From positions 97,960,001-98,024,000 of the forward strand of contig NC_043001.1 in assembly GCF_006345805.1 (NCBI RefSeq): a DNA stretch of 64,000 bases, given 5' to 3'. Below the pieces are notes generated by a model. The model was not told the origin of the DNA, did no database searches, and saw only the letters and a program-made list of their open reading frames with translations. This document shows positions 51,206 through 64,000 of the stretch, piece by piece (position 1 is the first letter of the stretch; every line of letters starts with the position of its first letter). Both the position numbers and the translations under genes were made by a program. This DNA comes from Octopus sinensis (lineage: Eukaryota).

Positions 51206-51946
51206 TCGGTGGGCATAATAATATCAACATAAATATCCGTAAATGAAAATAAGATCATACGCATACTAAACCTCTTTCTTGTGGATTTATTTACATATTG
51301 AGCCGCAGAAATATCCAAATATTGATATATTTTATCAAACCCCTTCATAATTCATAACATATTCCATATATGGAGAGCAATCAACTATTTAATATAAAAA
51401 ATTAGGATATTTTATTGAATCTACATTACTCAATTATGGCTAAATTGAGAAAATTATCCTTACAACCTATAAAGATATTATGTCGTCTAAGTAATTATAA
51501 ATTTCTGCTCCATTATTAATGATAGTCTTCTGTATTTCATATATAATGTTGAAAACCACAAAACTGCAATATTCGTATCGCGACGGCGCTTCGTATAGAG
51601 GTATGCTGAAAACAAATACAGACGTGTATCAATAGTAGATGAAAAATATCCTGCAGCAGCGGCGGTAAATATAATAAATGTAGACTTCTGCGTCTTTGAG
51701 CGTCATTAATAGCAAATATCTACTAGCAACGGTATGGTTTTGCTGATTCTAATTTGGAGACAACAGAAGCTAAATTTCTCAAAGCCTGCGTTTGGTAATG
51801 GATACTTACTGTATCTCAGTTTAGCCATTCCACCGCTTCTTGCGAGCACTTTTCGTCTGCCACTCATGATTCATTGATTTCTATCCCTATAAGTCTATAC
51901 AAGATACTGTCTCGAGTGGCTTGCTACACTATGTTTACGTTAAGTA

Positions 51947-52520
51947 TGGGGTTGTCCTGTAAGTTCGTACCGGTTTTTAAAGGAAAGAAAAAAGGCCAGT
52001 AAATACTTGCCATTACATTTTTAATCAACCAAATATGAACCAATTTGTTGCACAATGCGTCTCCATATTTCTTTAAAACTTGAAAATACCCTCTTCCCAT
52101 AATTGAGGTGGTTTCATGGCAAAAAATTCATCAAGGTATCTTTTTACGTCATCCATGAAATTGAGATTTTTACCATTAAGACTATTCTGCAGAGACCTGA
52201 ATAAGGGGAAATCCGAAGGAGCAATATCTGGTGAATATGGATGGTGAGGGTGGGGTAACACATCCCAGCCGAGCTGCAGCAATTTTTGTCTGGTTCCCAA
52301 AGCATCAAGTGCCGAAAATGAACTTTCTTATCTTCCATTTTAAAGGGTTACAGAATTAACAAAGTTTAGAAGACCATAAAATTAATTCCACGAAAATGTA
52401 GCTTAAACTGTGCTCTAAATGGAACTGTAATCAAATTCTATTTTATGGACTCAATCATGTTCTAAAATAAGTCGAAGTGTAAGCTACTATAAATCGGCAC
52501 GAACTTTCCGGACAACCCAG
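51947..52520 (-). mobile_element. Non-autonomous mariner (574 bp), N-terminus fused to C-terminus
   Basis: 30-bp TIRs tggggttgtcctgtaagttcgtaccggttt / aaatcggcacgaactttccggacaacccag, TA on both sides; MEDKKVHFRHLMLWE joined out of frame to TRQKLLQLGWDVLPHP..YSPDIAPSDFPLFRSL. Confidence 0.9.
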
Positions 52521-55500
52521 TATTATGTATAGAATGCAACTTTGTACTAATGTTACTTCCGGATGCTAACAACAAATCTATTATATTATGTTCATGCATT
52601 TAGGTTGCGCAATGTAACTCAGTGTTGTTTCTTTACTAGTATGTATATCCGGAAGCCTGAAACACAGAATAACAACTCTATAGCCTTTACCTAATAATAA
52701 TTATAAATATCATAATGTAGTCTGTATGTCCGTATGTGTGTATGACTCAATAATTCTTCGAAACTCATCATTTATTGTTGGTATTTCACGTATCTGATTT
52801 TTCTCTTGCTTTTTGGTTGTAAGTCCATGAAACTCTCTTCTTTAGGTTCGAAAATTAGGCTTTCAACATCTAAACGGGAGTTATAATCACAAAAGGCTAA
52901 GCAATTAGCATTATTTATCTTACCAGTGCATTGAATAAATAAATATTTATTGTTCTCATAACAGTGAGATTAATTCCAACGCGGTTTCTGTGACACTATT
53001 GAATCTTAATGTAGCAAGTTCCGCAAAGATAAAGAGAGGGATTTATCTAGTTTAAATATGCGCTGAGGATTTCTTGCTTCTAATTATTGTAACACGAGAT
53101 AGACCAAGGGAAAATTGATAGAAATTAGGAATAAAATGGATAAGTTGTCTGTAAATAATTAACCTCCCTTAACACTAATCAGCCTAGATGTAGTACATTA
53201 AACCGTTACTCCCTAATCTTTACATACGCAACGATGAACTTTAGGGCAGCAATTTTCTTTAAAGCATATCGATTTTTGAAAGCTATTAACTTCAAATATT
53301 AGAACTACAACAAATCTGGTGCACATTTATTTAGATTAGTTATTGTTGGTGCATATGTTAAAAATACAGTTATGTAAATTTTAGAAGTGTTATTATTTAT
53401 ATGATAAAATACAATTCTTTTATATAATACATGCCGAAGATATTCGATTGTTTCCTCTTAATTCCTATAATATTAGACGATAAAACAGAAAATGAATTTA
53501 CATGCCTGATCACCGTTTTTGAATATTTCATTGGCTGATGATCGAAATATTCATTCAACGACAAATAAATCTGAAATCTATAACTTCGTTTATATTCTTA
53601 TTCCTTTTTATTCACCAGCGTTTATCATATTTATTAAGTCACGGTTTAATGGAGCTTCTCCTAATGTCCTTCCCATTAAACACGTATTAAACATTTGTCT
53701 TTTTAAATAGAATATTCGCATAAGGCAAGCTTTGGATATCGATCGCTTTGATTTATGCCATGCAAATTGAGTGAAAATCTGCTCGGTATCTTTAAGATAC
53801 TTATGCCACCATTTTTAATGTGTATTGAGTTTCGGGTTCCCTGTAATGGTGTCACTAGTTTATATTAATTTCACACACTTTATACACCCTAATCGTAGCA
53901 CTAGTTCTTCTATTCATGAGACTTATGTTGCTTATGATCCACAAAATAAACATTTTGAAACGAACTCCGAGGAACAGGCGCTGATTTTCGATGAAACTAA
54001 ACATTACGATCTTTAAATAGGAAGAATGGTTTGATCATGTATGTGCAACGATAAAAATGAACGAAATCCGTCCGGAACAAGGTGGGGGAGGTGCTATTAA
54101 TAAAGATTCAAATTTTTTTCATAAAAAGCTTTCTTCTATCATTTGCAAGGGTGTGGTAGAAAAGTGAATTTGAAAAAATCCCTATGAACATAAAGAAAAT
54201 ACAACTGATGTGGGTGTGCTATTCCGAAAGCCTTCCAAGGGATTCTATTGTGAAAATTACCAGGCAACAACGGGATACTCAGCTTCTGAGTATGCATCAG
54301 TATACACACACACACATAAACATACGCAGAATAGCAAACTTGAGGTTATATGTATATAAATATTCCGCAAATCAAATACTTCTGTGAAAGGGTGACCATT
54401 GATCACCCGTTTTGAAAGTTTCCTATTCAAAATATACGTATTTCACAGATTTCCCAGCTCAAACATATCAACAACATTATCTTTTATCCCATACGTCTTC
54501 ACAAGCGCAACAAGTTTCGACATAGCAAAGGCGAAAGTTCCCAGTTGCCTAACAGTTGTGTGCACATCAAACAGAAATGGAACAAACAAATGTTCAGTGT
54601 TCAAATAGTGTTGTTGTAAATAAAACACCAAACGGTGTTTGAGGTACAGTAACTACATACTGAATTTACTAAACATATGTTAAAATGTATTTCTGCATTT
54701 ATCCACGTATAGTCTATAGACTTGACTGTTCTACAGTCGTTTATTAGGTAATATGTAAAAGAATAGTAATACAAAATGGAAACTAATATTAACTATAGTA
54801 CTGATGTTACAGGAGAAATGAGAGTTCGAGAAATATAGAAGAATTCATATATTCAATACAAAAGATTCAGTGAATATTTGAAGAATTAAAACCTCACATT
54901 TTAGTATTAACAGTAGGTCATTTGGCATGTTACTTACGTGAGGCGCATAAATTTGCTACAGTAAGAATGAAAATGGATAAATCTTCATTAAATAGATTTG
55001 TTCAGATAAGTACTTACATCGCATAGACACTAAGTGACAGAGAATTCTTTCGCATGCTGTAAGGAACGAATTGTGAGTAAATGTATGTATATAAGCTGTC
55101 GTAGTTTGTAAGACCCTAAGTTACATTGATTGGAGGTTATTTGAGCAACGTTGACATCTAGCAAGCTGTGTCTTCGTTAATATTTTAAACGTTCACGAAT
55201 CTTATCGAAACTGGCTTTGTCCACGCACAAAAAATAAAAGATGAGTGGACAGTGTTACATGAAATTAACTGCTGTATTCAGGATGATAAATGGAATATAT
55301 GCCGGCATTGAATTTTAGCCTAATCAAATGTGGTTCTAATTTAGTAGCTTTCACACGTCTCAAATGCACTGTTCCCTTTACAAAAACAACAGTCTCTTCT
55401 TTTACAGATTTAAAATCTAAATCAACAGCATCGCATTTTTCCACAACGTCTCTTGGACAACAGTAGCCATAGTTGGCTGTATCCTGGAAAACTTTTGCTT

Positions 55501-55764
55501 TTCATGAATATTCCATCATCTAATAAATTGTATGGAATCAAATAGCAATTTATAGATCCTAGTATAAGCCTATTCAAATATAGTTGACTAAAGAATGTAT
55601 TTATTTACATCATTTACATTAGTCCTCATCTTGTTTGTTGTTAACATAACGTTTCGGGGGAAATTTTCTATGTCACACAATTTTTAATCTTCGGATTTTT
55701 AAAATATACTAAGCCACTGGTTTTAATTGATTAATATCAATTTCTGCTCTTATTATTTCATTTC

Positions 55765-56174
<410 letters not shown>

Positions 56175-57307
56175 ACTGCTGCATGTAGTTTGTTTTAAAT
56201 CATATAAATGTAACTTATTGAAGAGGCATTTCCTACCCTTTATCACGAAAATTTATGACTGTTATATAACACTCTTGTGACATTAAGAACAATATATTTT
56301 TAAAAATCAAATCTATGCAAGTGGTAAACAGTGTTGCCCGTATCAGACCGATACATATCAGCGTGTTGCAAGGATCGTGTTTTTATATCAGCAACATGAA
56401 TGTTGTACGAGTATATAAACTGCGGAATATTTTGCCTGATTGATTTACATACATATTGATTGCTACTGCAGATAACAAAGTTAACGTTTTCTCCTTTAAC
56501 GGAACTCTTTTGTGAAATCATGGACTTTCTGTATCACTGAGGTAATATATTATAGATTGAAAAAACCCTGATATTATTAATCTTGCATTTTTTTTTCTAA
56601 TCATCCATCCGATATAATCTCCGATCCGAGGAAAAGTTTCAATCATTTTATCATGAGAACCTAGTTTCAAACGCATCAAACAAAAGATACTATGTGCAAT
56701 GAAAGCTTCGTCGGAATACTGTGAAGCAACAGAGTGTATCAAAACGGATGAACTCTACAATTAACCGTTGAACAGAATTCCGTCTATGATACCAAGTCGA
56801 TTATCTATGATATCAAGTACAAACGTATGATACCTAACCCATTATTAGATGTCTTACGCTGTATGGTAAAGTGGTGCTTACTTCTATATATATATATGCG
56901 ATTTCTATCAGCCTTGCCCTCAGCATGCAATTATGAGAACGGGATTCACCATTCATGCATCAAAATTAAGAACTAATTTTGTATGATCTTTAAGTGGTCA
57001 TTAATTATCTGCTTTTAACTGTTACATCTACGTTAAAGCGCGTAATACAGGCTCAGGTGTAGAAACATTTAATAATGTAATTTCTGATGCACAGAACGTT
57101 GAGTTTATCACGGTTAGAAAGCGTTGAAAATAGGTCCCGTGGGTCGAAATAATCCTGGGGTTTAACAAGAAAGAGAAAACTTATAAATCTGATAATGAGA
57201 TGTGATTCTATATAAGCATTTCAGGTATATCGTGTGAGAGACACGCCTTCTGGGAACGCTAAATATTGCGTCGTGCTGTTGTAACGTAAACATGGTCTGT
57301 CACTTAA

Positions 57308-57430
57308 TGTATGTATGTGTTTATGTATGTATGTATGTATGTATGTATGTATGTATGTATGTATGTATGTATGTATGTATGTATGTATGTATGTATGTAT
57401 GTATGTATGTATGTATGTATGTATGTATGT
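57308..57430. repeat. (TATG)n microsatellite
   Basis: Directly visible. Confidence 0.97.
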
Positions 57431-57694
57431 TGGTGCGCTGTGTGTTGTGTGTTTTGTGTCTGTGTGTGTTTGAGAGTGAGAGAGCGAGAGAGAGACTATT
57501 TTGATAGCGACAGAAGCAGGGTTAATATTAGCAAGTAATATTTATCTCCACTCTTTTATGATCAACAAACACGTATATACATGGACGATGCTTCTCTTCT
57601 GTTTTTAATTATTCAAATTGTTCCTCTGAGGGAGGAGCTGGTTGCTGATAAAACTACAAAGTTCCTTCCTTGGATTATAGATAACGAAAACAAC

Positions 57695-58800
57695 GTCACA
57701 TTTTAAACTTGAGCAAAGTCTTACATATTTTTTACATTTCTACTTACAGATTCTATTTGTAATGCACGAGTCACTTGGTTACATTTTCTTTCCTGAAAAT
57801 CCATGATTATCCAGACTGCCAATTAGGCATTTTCTCACAACACCAAGTGCACCAATTATTATAGTAAATAAAAATTTGTAATCTCGGTAAAGGAGCTGGA
57901 GGTTAGGAATTATTTGCCCATTTGATTTTCAAAGGGACATTCACATCAGCAGGTTATCTATGACGGTACTATGAATGTACTCACATTTACTTGTCTGTCT
58001 CAAACAGCAATATCCGGCCTGTTGTTCTTACAATTGACAAATGGTTTCATGGGAATGCACCGCCAGTATTCCTTGTGTTGATATTTGTGTTCCTATTCAA
58101 TACCGAGAGGATTTTCTGAATTTATCCTGGACAATCTTTACTCCGCATGGCATTCTTTATTGTTTCTGCAACAAGGTTGCAGTACTTTGATGATTTTTGG
58201 GGCAGCTGTATATGACATGTGTGATATCTTCCTGAGAAATTTGATACAATCTACATTTTGGCTTGCATATTGGGACTCGACGCTCTCCCGTCTCAGTTTA
58301 TTAGGTTTTTCGCCGTAATTTCCTGTTCTTGGATTGCAAATACATAGAATGTAGCGACCACGTCTCCAAGAGAAGCTTCACTTGATGTCAATATTGCTGT
58401 CTTCAAATCTTCAGGAACCATACCCATGTATGGTCCGTTTTTGATATCCTGAGCGTACTTTATTGAGGTACGATAGTACTGCTAATTTTGGGTTGTATGG
58501 AAGGACATGAGGAAGAGAACACTTCCTTAATAGCTTAAATATAGGATATTGTTTTCTTACATTTCAGCACGACTTCAATGCGTTTATTTTTGCTGCTGCT
58601 GTTTAGCAAGTGCTGTATGAGAGAGCCTATAAGATATTCGAAAGCTGTTTGCACTGATCTCAAGCCTCAACCTCCTTTATCTCTTCTTAGGTCTAACCTA
58701 TTGATATCACAATTTCTGTGCAGATTTTCTTTTCTCGATTTACATCACGAGATCAAGCCATTCTTTATAAGGAAAGATAACTGTTGCCGAAGTTGCTTCT
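57695..58800 (-). pseudogene. Decayed R4-clade RLE retrotransposon 3' half, same subgroup as 5786-6497
   Basis: Minus strand: NLHRNCDINRLDLRRDKGG*GLRSVQTAFE; YVFAIQEQEITAK; DITHVIYSCPK; VAETIKNAMRSKDCP; NNRPDIAV*D (RLE PD motif); IIIGALG; LQIESVS. Confidence 0.8.
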
Positions 58801-60874
58801 GTTGAATGTCCTTAAGTTAAGGTGTGCTTCATCACAGGTTTTTCGTCCGCTTCATATCTCCGATAGAAGGTTCATTGTGAACTTTTGCATAACATCGAAG
58901 TAGATCTTGGTTTAAATGTAGAGTCCGAGTAAAGTGGGAGGAATACTTACGTCCTCTCAGATAGCTTACTGGTGCTGAAGTGTTGTTTGTCGGTGGTGTT
59001 GCTCTTATTTTCATTCTTGATCGTATTAGTGAAATTCCACGTGGTATTATGTGTACGTTTCTTTTTTCTAAATCTGGTCTGAATAACGGTTCTTTAGTTA
59101 GTAAAATGTGTAATTCATATTTAAAATAGGAAAAAAATACCAGTTATTGTTTTAGGGTGGAAGAGTCGACCGACATAAATGTAAAAGAAATGGTTCAAAA
59201 AGTAATTTTAAATGGTCTTCTATGTCTGGAATTATGATGGTGACGGTACCGTCCTGTATGTATATATTTATGTATGTATATGCGTGTCTTTGCGTTTACT
59301 TTTGACCTCCCCCATACACACCGATTGATAATCCGTACTATATTGCATATGTAACATAGTGTTCCCGTAAAAGAAAACGCTACAATAAATACAAAACTTA
59401 AATAACAGGTACCGGAGTCAATTTCTAAGATGAGGCCGTTCAAGGATACATTTGGATACAAATGTATTCATTTAGAGTTAAGAAATTCTCTTAAAACTGC
59501 GTGTTTTGCGTTCAACACCACTGCTTGGTATGTTCTATAATAACTCAGATTAGACGAAACCCTGCGAAGGGAAATGTAGGGCCGAATGTTGCGCTTTTCT
59601 TTGAGGGTGGGGTCGCGATAGACTTCACTGATTAGCCAATGGCTGTTTCAGGCGACTCTACTCTGTTGCAATCATAAAACCAGTTCTTCCTCCTACTGAA
59701 AACTTCCTTCTTTTCATGTCTCAAAAGGTTTTTTTTTTAAAAACCTTCTGTTCTACAATTTCTCTTATCAATACGTCAATAACTTAAATATCTCTAATCA
59801 GAAAAATTATAGCAGTACTCTTCAGTGTGAGGATAGTAATTTTTTTTCTAAACGTATTGATTTTAGATGCTGAAAACATTATAGGAAGTCACATGTCTCA
59901 CATGGGCTTCCATATGGAGGTAATTACATCACATTCAGAATCTTTACTAAAATGCAGTATCCACGCTCTACTTTTTAGTAATATATCAAAAGCATTTTCT
60001 CTGACGAATTTTACGTAATTATATTAAGTCAATTTGATAAGAAAAGTAAAGTTTTCATTTTTAATAATTTAATTTGGAAGCGTGTCAAAATTAGAATAGT
60101 TGGCAATTCTTCAATTAGTATAGTTATATATGTGTATGTACAAATATGCTGGTGCACAAACATACGCATAATGCACAAAACCCAATTTGCACATGCATGT
60201 ATAAATATGTACACACACATGTATATATGTGTGTATAAATGCCCGTATATTTATGTATGCATGGATGGCTCAGCCTGGTTGTGTATATCAAAATGCCTTT
60301 TTATTTTCATCACTGCATTTATTATATTTCCTCCTAAAATAACTTATTATAATTTTCATATATATATATTTTAGACAAAACTGGGGATGAAATTAATTCG
60401 AATATTTAATTTACATATCTATAAAAGTACCAGTTGATTATAAAAATAGAAAAACAATTCTACAGTATTATTGACGCTGGGGATCTTATCATTCCTACCT
60501 CATATTTTAAAATTTATTGTTTGCTTTTCTTGTGGCAGCAATGATTGAGTGAAGACAAATACATTCGTTACTCGACTATATTTGAATATGCTTATACTTG
60601 GATCTATAAATTGCTATTTGATTCCATACAATTTATTAGATGATGGAATATTCATGAAAAGCAAAAGTTTTCCATGATGGAGCTAATTATAGTTACTGTT
60701 GTCCAAGAAATGTTGTGGGAAGATGCGATGATTTGGAAGGACGCGATGTTGCTGATTTAGATTTTAACAAATCTGTAAAAGAAGAGACTATTGTATTTTT
60801 GGTGTAAATATGAAAACAGGATAACTTGAGACCAAAGATTTACCAATCATGGCCACCTCGTTCATATTTTATAT

Positions 60875-61289
60875 AATTCTTTACTACCCACAAGGGGCTA
60901 AACATAGAGGAGACAAACAAGGACAGACAAAGGGTTTAAGTCGATTACATCGACCCCAGTGCCTAAGTGGTACTTTATTTATCGACTCCGAAAGGATGAA
61001 AGGCAAAGTTGACCTCGGCGGAATTTGAACTGAGAAGGTAATGACAGACGAAATACCTATTTCTTTACTACCCGCAATGGGGCTAAACACAGAGAGGACA
61101 AACAAGGACAGACAAACGGATTAAATCGATTATATCGACCCCAGTGTGTGACTGGTACTTATTTAATCGACCCCGAAAGGATGAAAGGCAAAGTCGACCT
61201 CGGCAGAATTTAAACTCAGAACGTAGCGGCAGACAAAATACCGCTAAGCATTTCGCCCGGCGCGCTAACGTTTCTGCCAGCTCGCCGCC
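60875..61289 (-). mobile_element. Family A SINE two-unit array with 10-bp TSD
   Basis: tattttatat at 60865-60874 and 61290-61299. Confidence 0.85.
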
Positions 61290-62305
61290 TATTTTATATG
61301 GCATATATTTAGTACTGTGCTGTATTATATAATGTCTTCTTTTTCAAGAGAATAAGATGTAAATTAGAGGATTTTTGTAACCTAATTTAAGCAAATTTAT
61401 TGGCCACGTAAATGAAGCCATTTTAAAAATCATATTTTCAAGCTCATTCCTTACCTGCAAAAAAAATCACATATCGTTTAAACGGTTAGGTAGATTACAT
61501 TTACGTCAAGGTCTTACATTTCAATTTTGTAAAATCATCTCCCTTGTATTTGAGGATCGCTCAAACACTAGAAAGGTAAGAGAATTTCAGAGTGTTGTCA
61601 TGCAGAATATATTACAGAAACTCTGAAACAATTTATGGAAATTCCTGCCATTCACCTATTTGAGATTCCATATTTCAAATTTTTGTCAAATGACCAAATG
61701 ATAAAGATATGTTGTTGATGAATTATAAAGGACTGCAAATCATCCGTATTTGGCTGTTCTTAGCATGTATCAGATACTATTTTGTTTTAGCATATGCATT
61801 AGTTAGGAGAGCTCATTTCTTAATCTCTTGGAATAATACTCATTTATTCTTAGGGAATAGAAATAATTGCCTATAGATCTTATTTACTGTATTTTGTTTT
61901 GCCTCCTACTATTTATTCGTTCTTCAATATATGTATTATCTTCCATAGCCAACCTATCTAAGTGTAATGCACACTTTGTATACGTGTCAGTCCATACCAA
62001 TGTGTCAGAGGAGGTGAATATATAAGTAGTTATCCATAGATGAAAATATTTGAATATATTGGGAATCATTTCTTCATATAAGCATTCTCAAGGTATTATG
62101 TTGTGTTAGAGTATATGTACATATAGAAGCACTCTTTCATCCCTCCTCTCTCTCTCTCTCACATACACAAACACACATACACTCACGCAAAACGCACATA
62201 TGTACACATACCTATACATACGCACACGCGCACACACACGCACAAACATATGGGAGTATGTGCTTACAAATTTTTGTGGATTTGAGTCTATATATACGTA
62301 TAGAT

Positions 62306-62568
62306 GTGGAGGCGCGTGGCTTAGCTGTTAGGGTGTCAGCACCATGATCGTAAGATTGTGGTTTCGATTCCTGGACCGGGCGACGCGTTGTTTTCTTGAG
62401 CAAAACACTTCATTTCACGTTGCTCCAGTCCACTCAGCTGGCAAAAAGGAGTAACGCTGCGATGGACTGGCGTCCCGTCCAGCTGGGCAACACATACGCC
62501 ATTGAAACCGGGAAACCGGGCCCATGAGCCTGGCTAGGCTTTAAAAGGGCGCATTTATTTATTATTAT
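62306..62568 (+). mobile_element. tRNA-derived SINE, family E, full length
   Basis: gtggaggcgcgtggcttagctgttagg...ggtttcgattcctggacc; central ttcttgagcaaaacacttc...ccagtccactcagctgg; tail atttatttattatt. Confidence 0.85.
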
Positions 62569-62823
62569 GTCTGTATATATATCGACGACACAACACACTT
62601 GATTGGTTAGGATATTCGCTTTGATATCCCGAGCTACAACGTGAAGTTTTATTGCATAACATCTTGGAGCAATTATGAATTATACTAACATCAAGAGATG
62701 CACATCTTTTGAGTAAAATGACATTGAAAGAAACTTGGGAACCCTATTGGAGAGATTGTAAATCATAGGATTGTAACTAACGCTACCAACCTTGTCTCAC
62801 AATCTCCATACTGATTGTATCTT

Positions 62824-63568
62824 CTTTATTTACAGCCCACAAGGGGCTAAACACAGAGAGCACAAACGTGGACAGACAAAGGGATTAAGTCGATTACATC
62901 GAACCCAATGAGTAACTGGTACTTAATTTATCGACCCCGAAAGGATGAAAAGCAAGTCGACCTCGGCGAAATTTTAACTCTGAACGTAATGGCAAACGAA
63001 ATACCTATTTCTTTACTACCCACAAGGGGCAAGCACCGAGGGACAGACAAGGACAGAAAACGGATTAAGTCGATTACATCGAACCCAGTGCGTAACTAGT
63101 ACATAATTTATCGACCCCGAAGGATGAAAGGCAAAGTCGATCGGCGGAATTTGAACTCGGAACGTAACGGCAGCCAAAATGCCTCGAAGCATTTCGTACG
63201 GCGTGCTAACGTTTCTTATTTCTTTATTGCCCACAAGGGACTGAACATAGAGGGGACAAAAGTCGACCTCGGCGGAATTTGAAATCAGAACGTAAAGACA
63301 GACAAAATGCCGTTAAAGCGTTTCGCCTGGCATGCTAACGTTCCTTGTTTCTTTATTGCCTAAAAAGGGCTAAAAATAGAGGGGACAAACAAGGGGGTTA
63401 AGTTGATTACATCGACCCCAGTGCGTAACCGGTACTAATTTATCGACCCCGAAAAGATGAAAGGCAAAGTCGACCTCGGCGGAATTTGAACTCACAACGT
63501 AACGGCAGACGAAATACCGCTAAGCGTTTCGCCCAGCGTGCTAACATTTCAGCCAGCTCGTCGCCTTC
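62824..63568 (-). mobile_element. Family A SINE multi-unit array with 13-bp TSD
   Basis: ctgattgtatctt at 62811-62823 and 63569-63581; four or more units, some internally deleted. Confidence 0.88.
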
Positions 63569-64000
63569 CTGATTGTATCTTACGATGATATTAATGATGC
63601 ATAATGTTTAGAACACTATGGTATTTAGCAGGAATATCACTTGATTCAGTAATGGAAAGTTCATCGCCGAAACCGACGAAAATCCTTTTATTTTAGTTAC
63701 GAATAAACATAAGTGGAATTATAAACACGAATATTATATTATATTGCAATACTCTCTGTATGGTAATATAAGTGAATATATGCAAATGCTATGTAATGCA
63801 TTTGTGCATACATATATTAACTGAATTTCACTTTCATAAACAAAAAACATCATCAATGACTAGACGTTGAAAAAACGAGTTTGTTAATTCTCTCACAGAT
63901 ATATTGGAATTAACACATTGTCTAGTCATAGGCATATAATCACAAAATAACACTCATAACTTTTTTTTAAGAGTTAACGTATTCACAACTATGATATTAG

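Noticed and set aside
62306-62385. tRNA-like sequences at SINE heads (also 8500-8579, 9640-9717, 43881-43945)
   Set aside because: They continue into SINE bodies and lack a complete acceptor stem or cloverleaf; not called as tRNA genes.

Overview
AT-rich, microsatellite-dense eukaryotic DNA with no recognisable host protein-coding gene. The SINE families and (TA)n/(TATG)n/(GATA)n density suggest an octopus or other cephalopod genome (inference). Nearly everything identifiable is mobile DNA: a near-intact CR1-type LINE (1-2.69 kb), a CR1 3' fragment, an RTE fragment, several decayed R4/Dong-clade RLE retrotransposons, two dead mariners, non-autonomous Helitrons and at least four tRNA-derived SINE families. 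One SINE family forms ~180-bp-unit tandem arrays bracketed by 10-24 bp TSDs. The most striking unexplained structure is a set of short non-coding elements, mostly abutting (TA)n, that carry minimal type I hammerhead ribozyme (HHR) motifs. Three are fold-backs with an antiparallel HHR in each arm (6.5, 13.1, 16.5 kb), and one of these uses a U3-A8 core variant. All folds and alignments were done by eye; coordinates of decayed elements are approximate.
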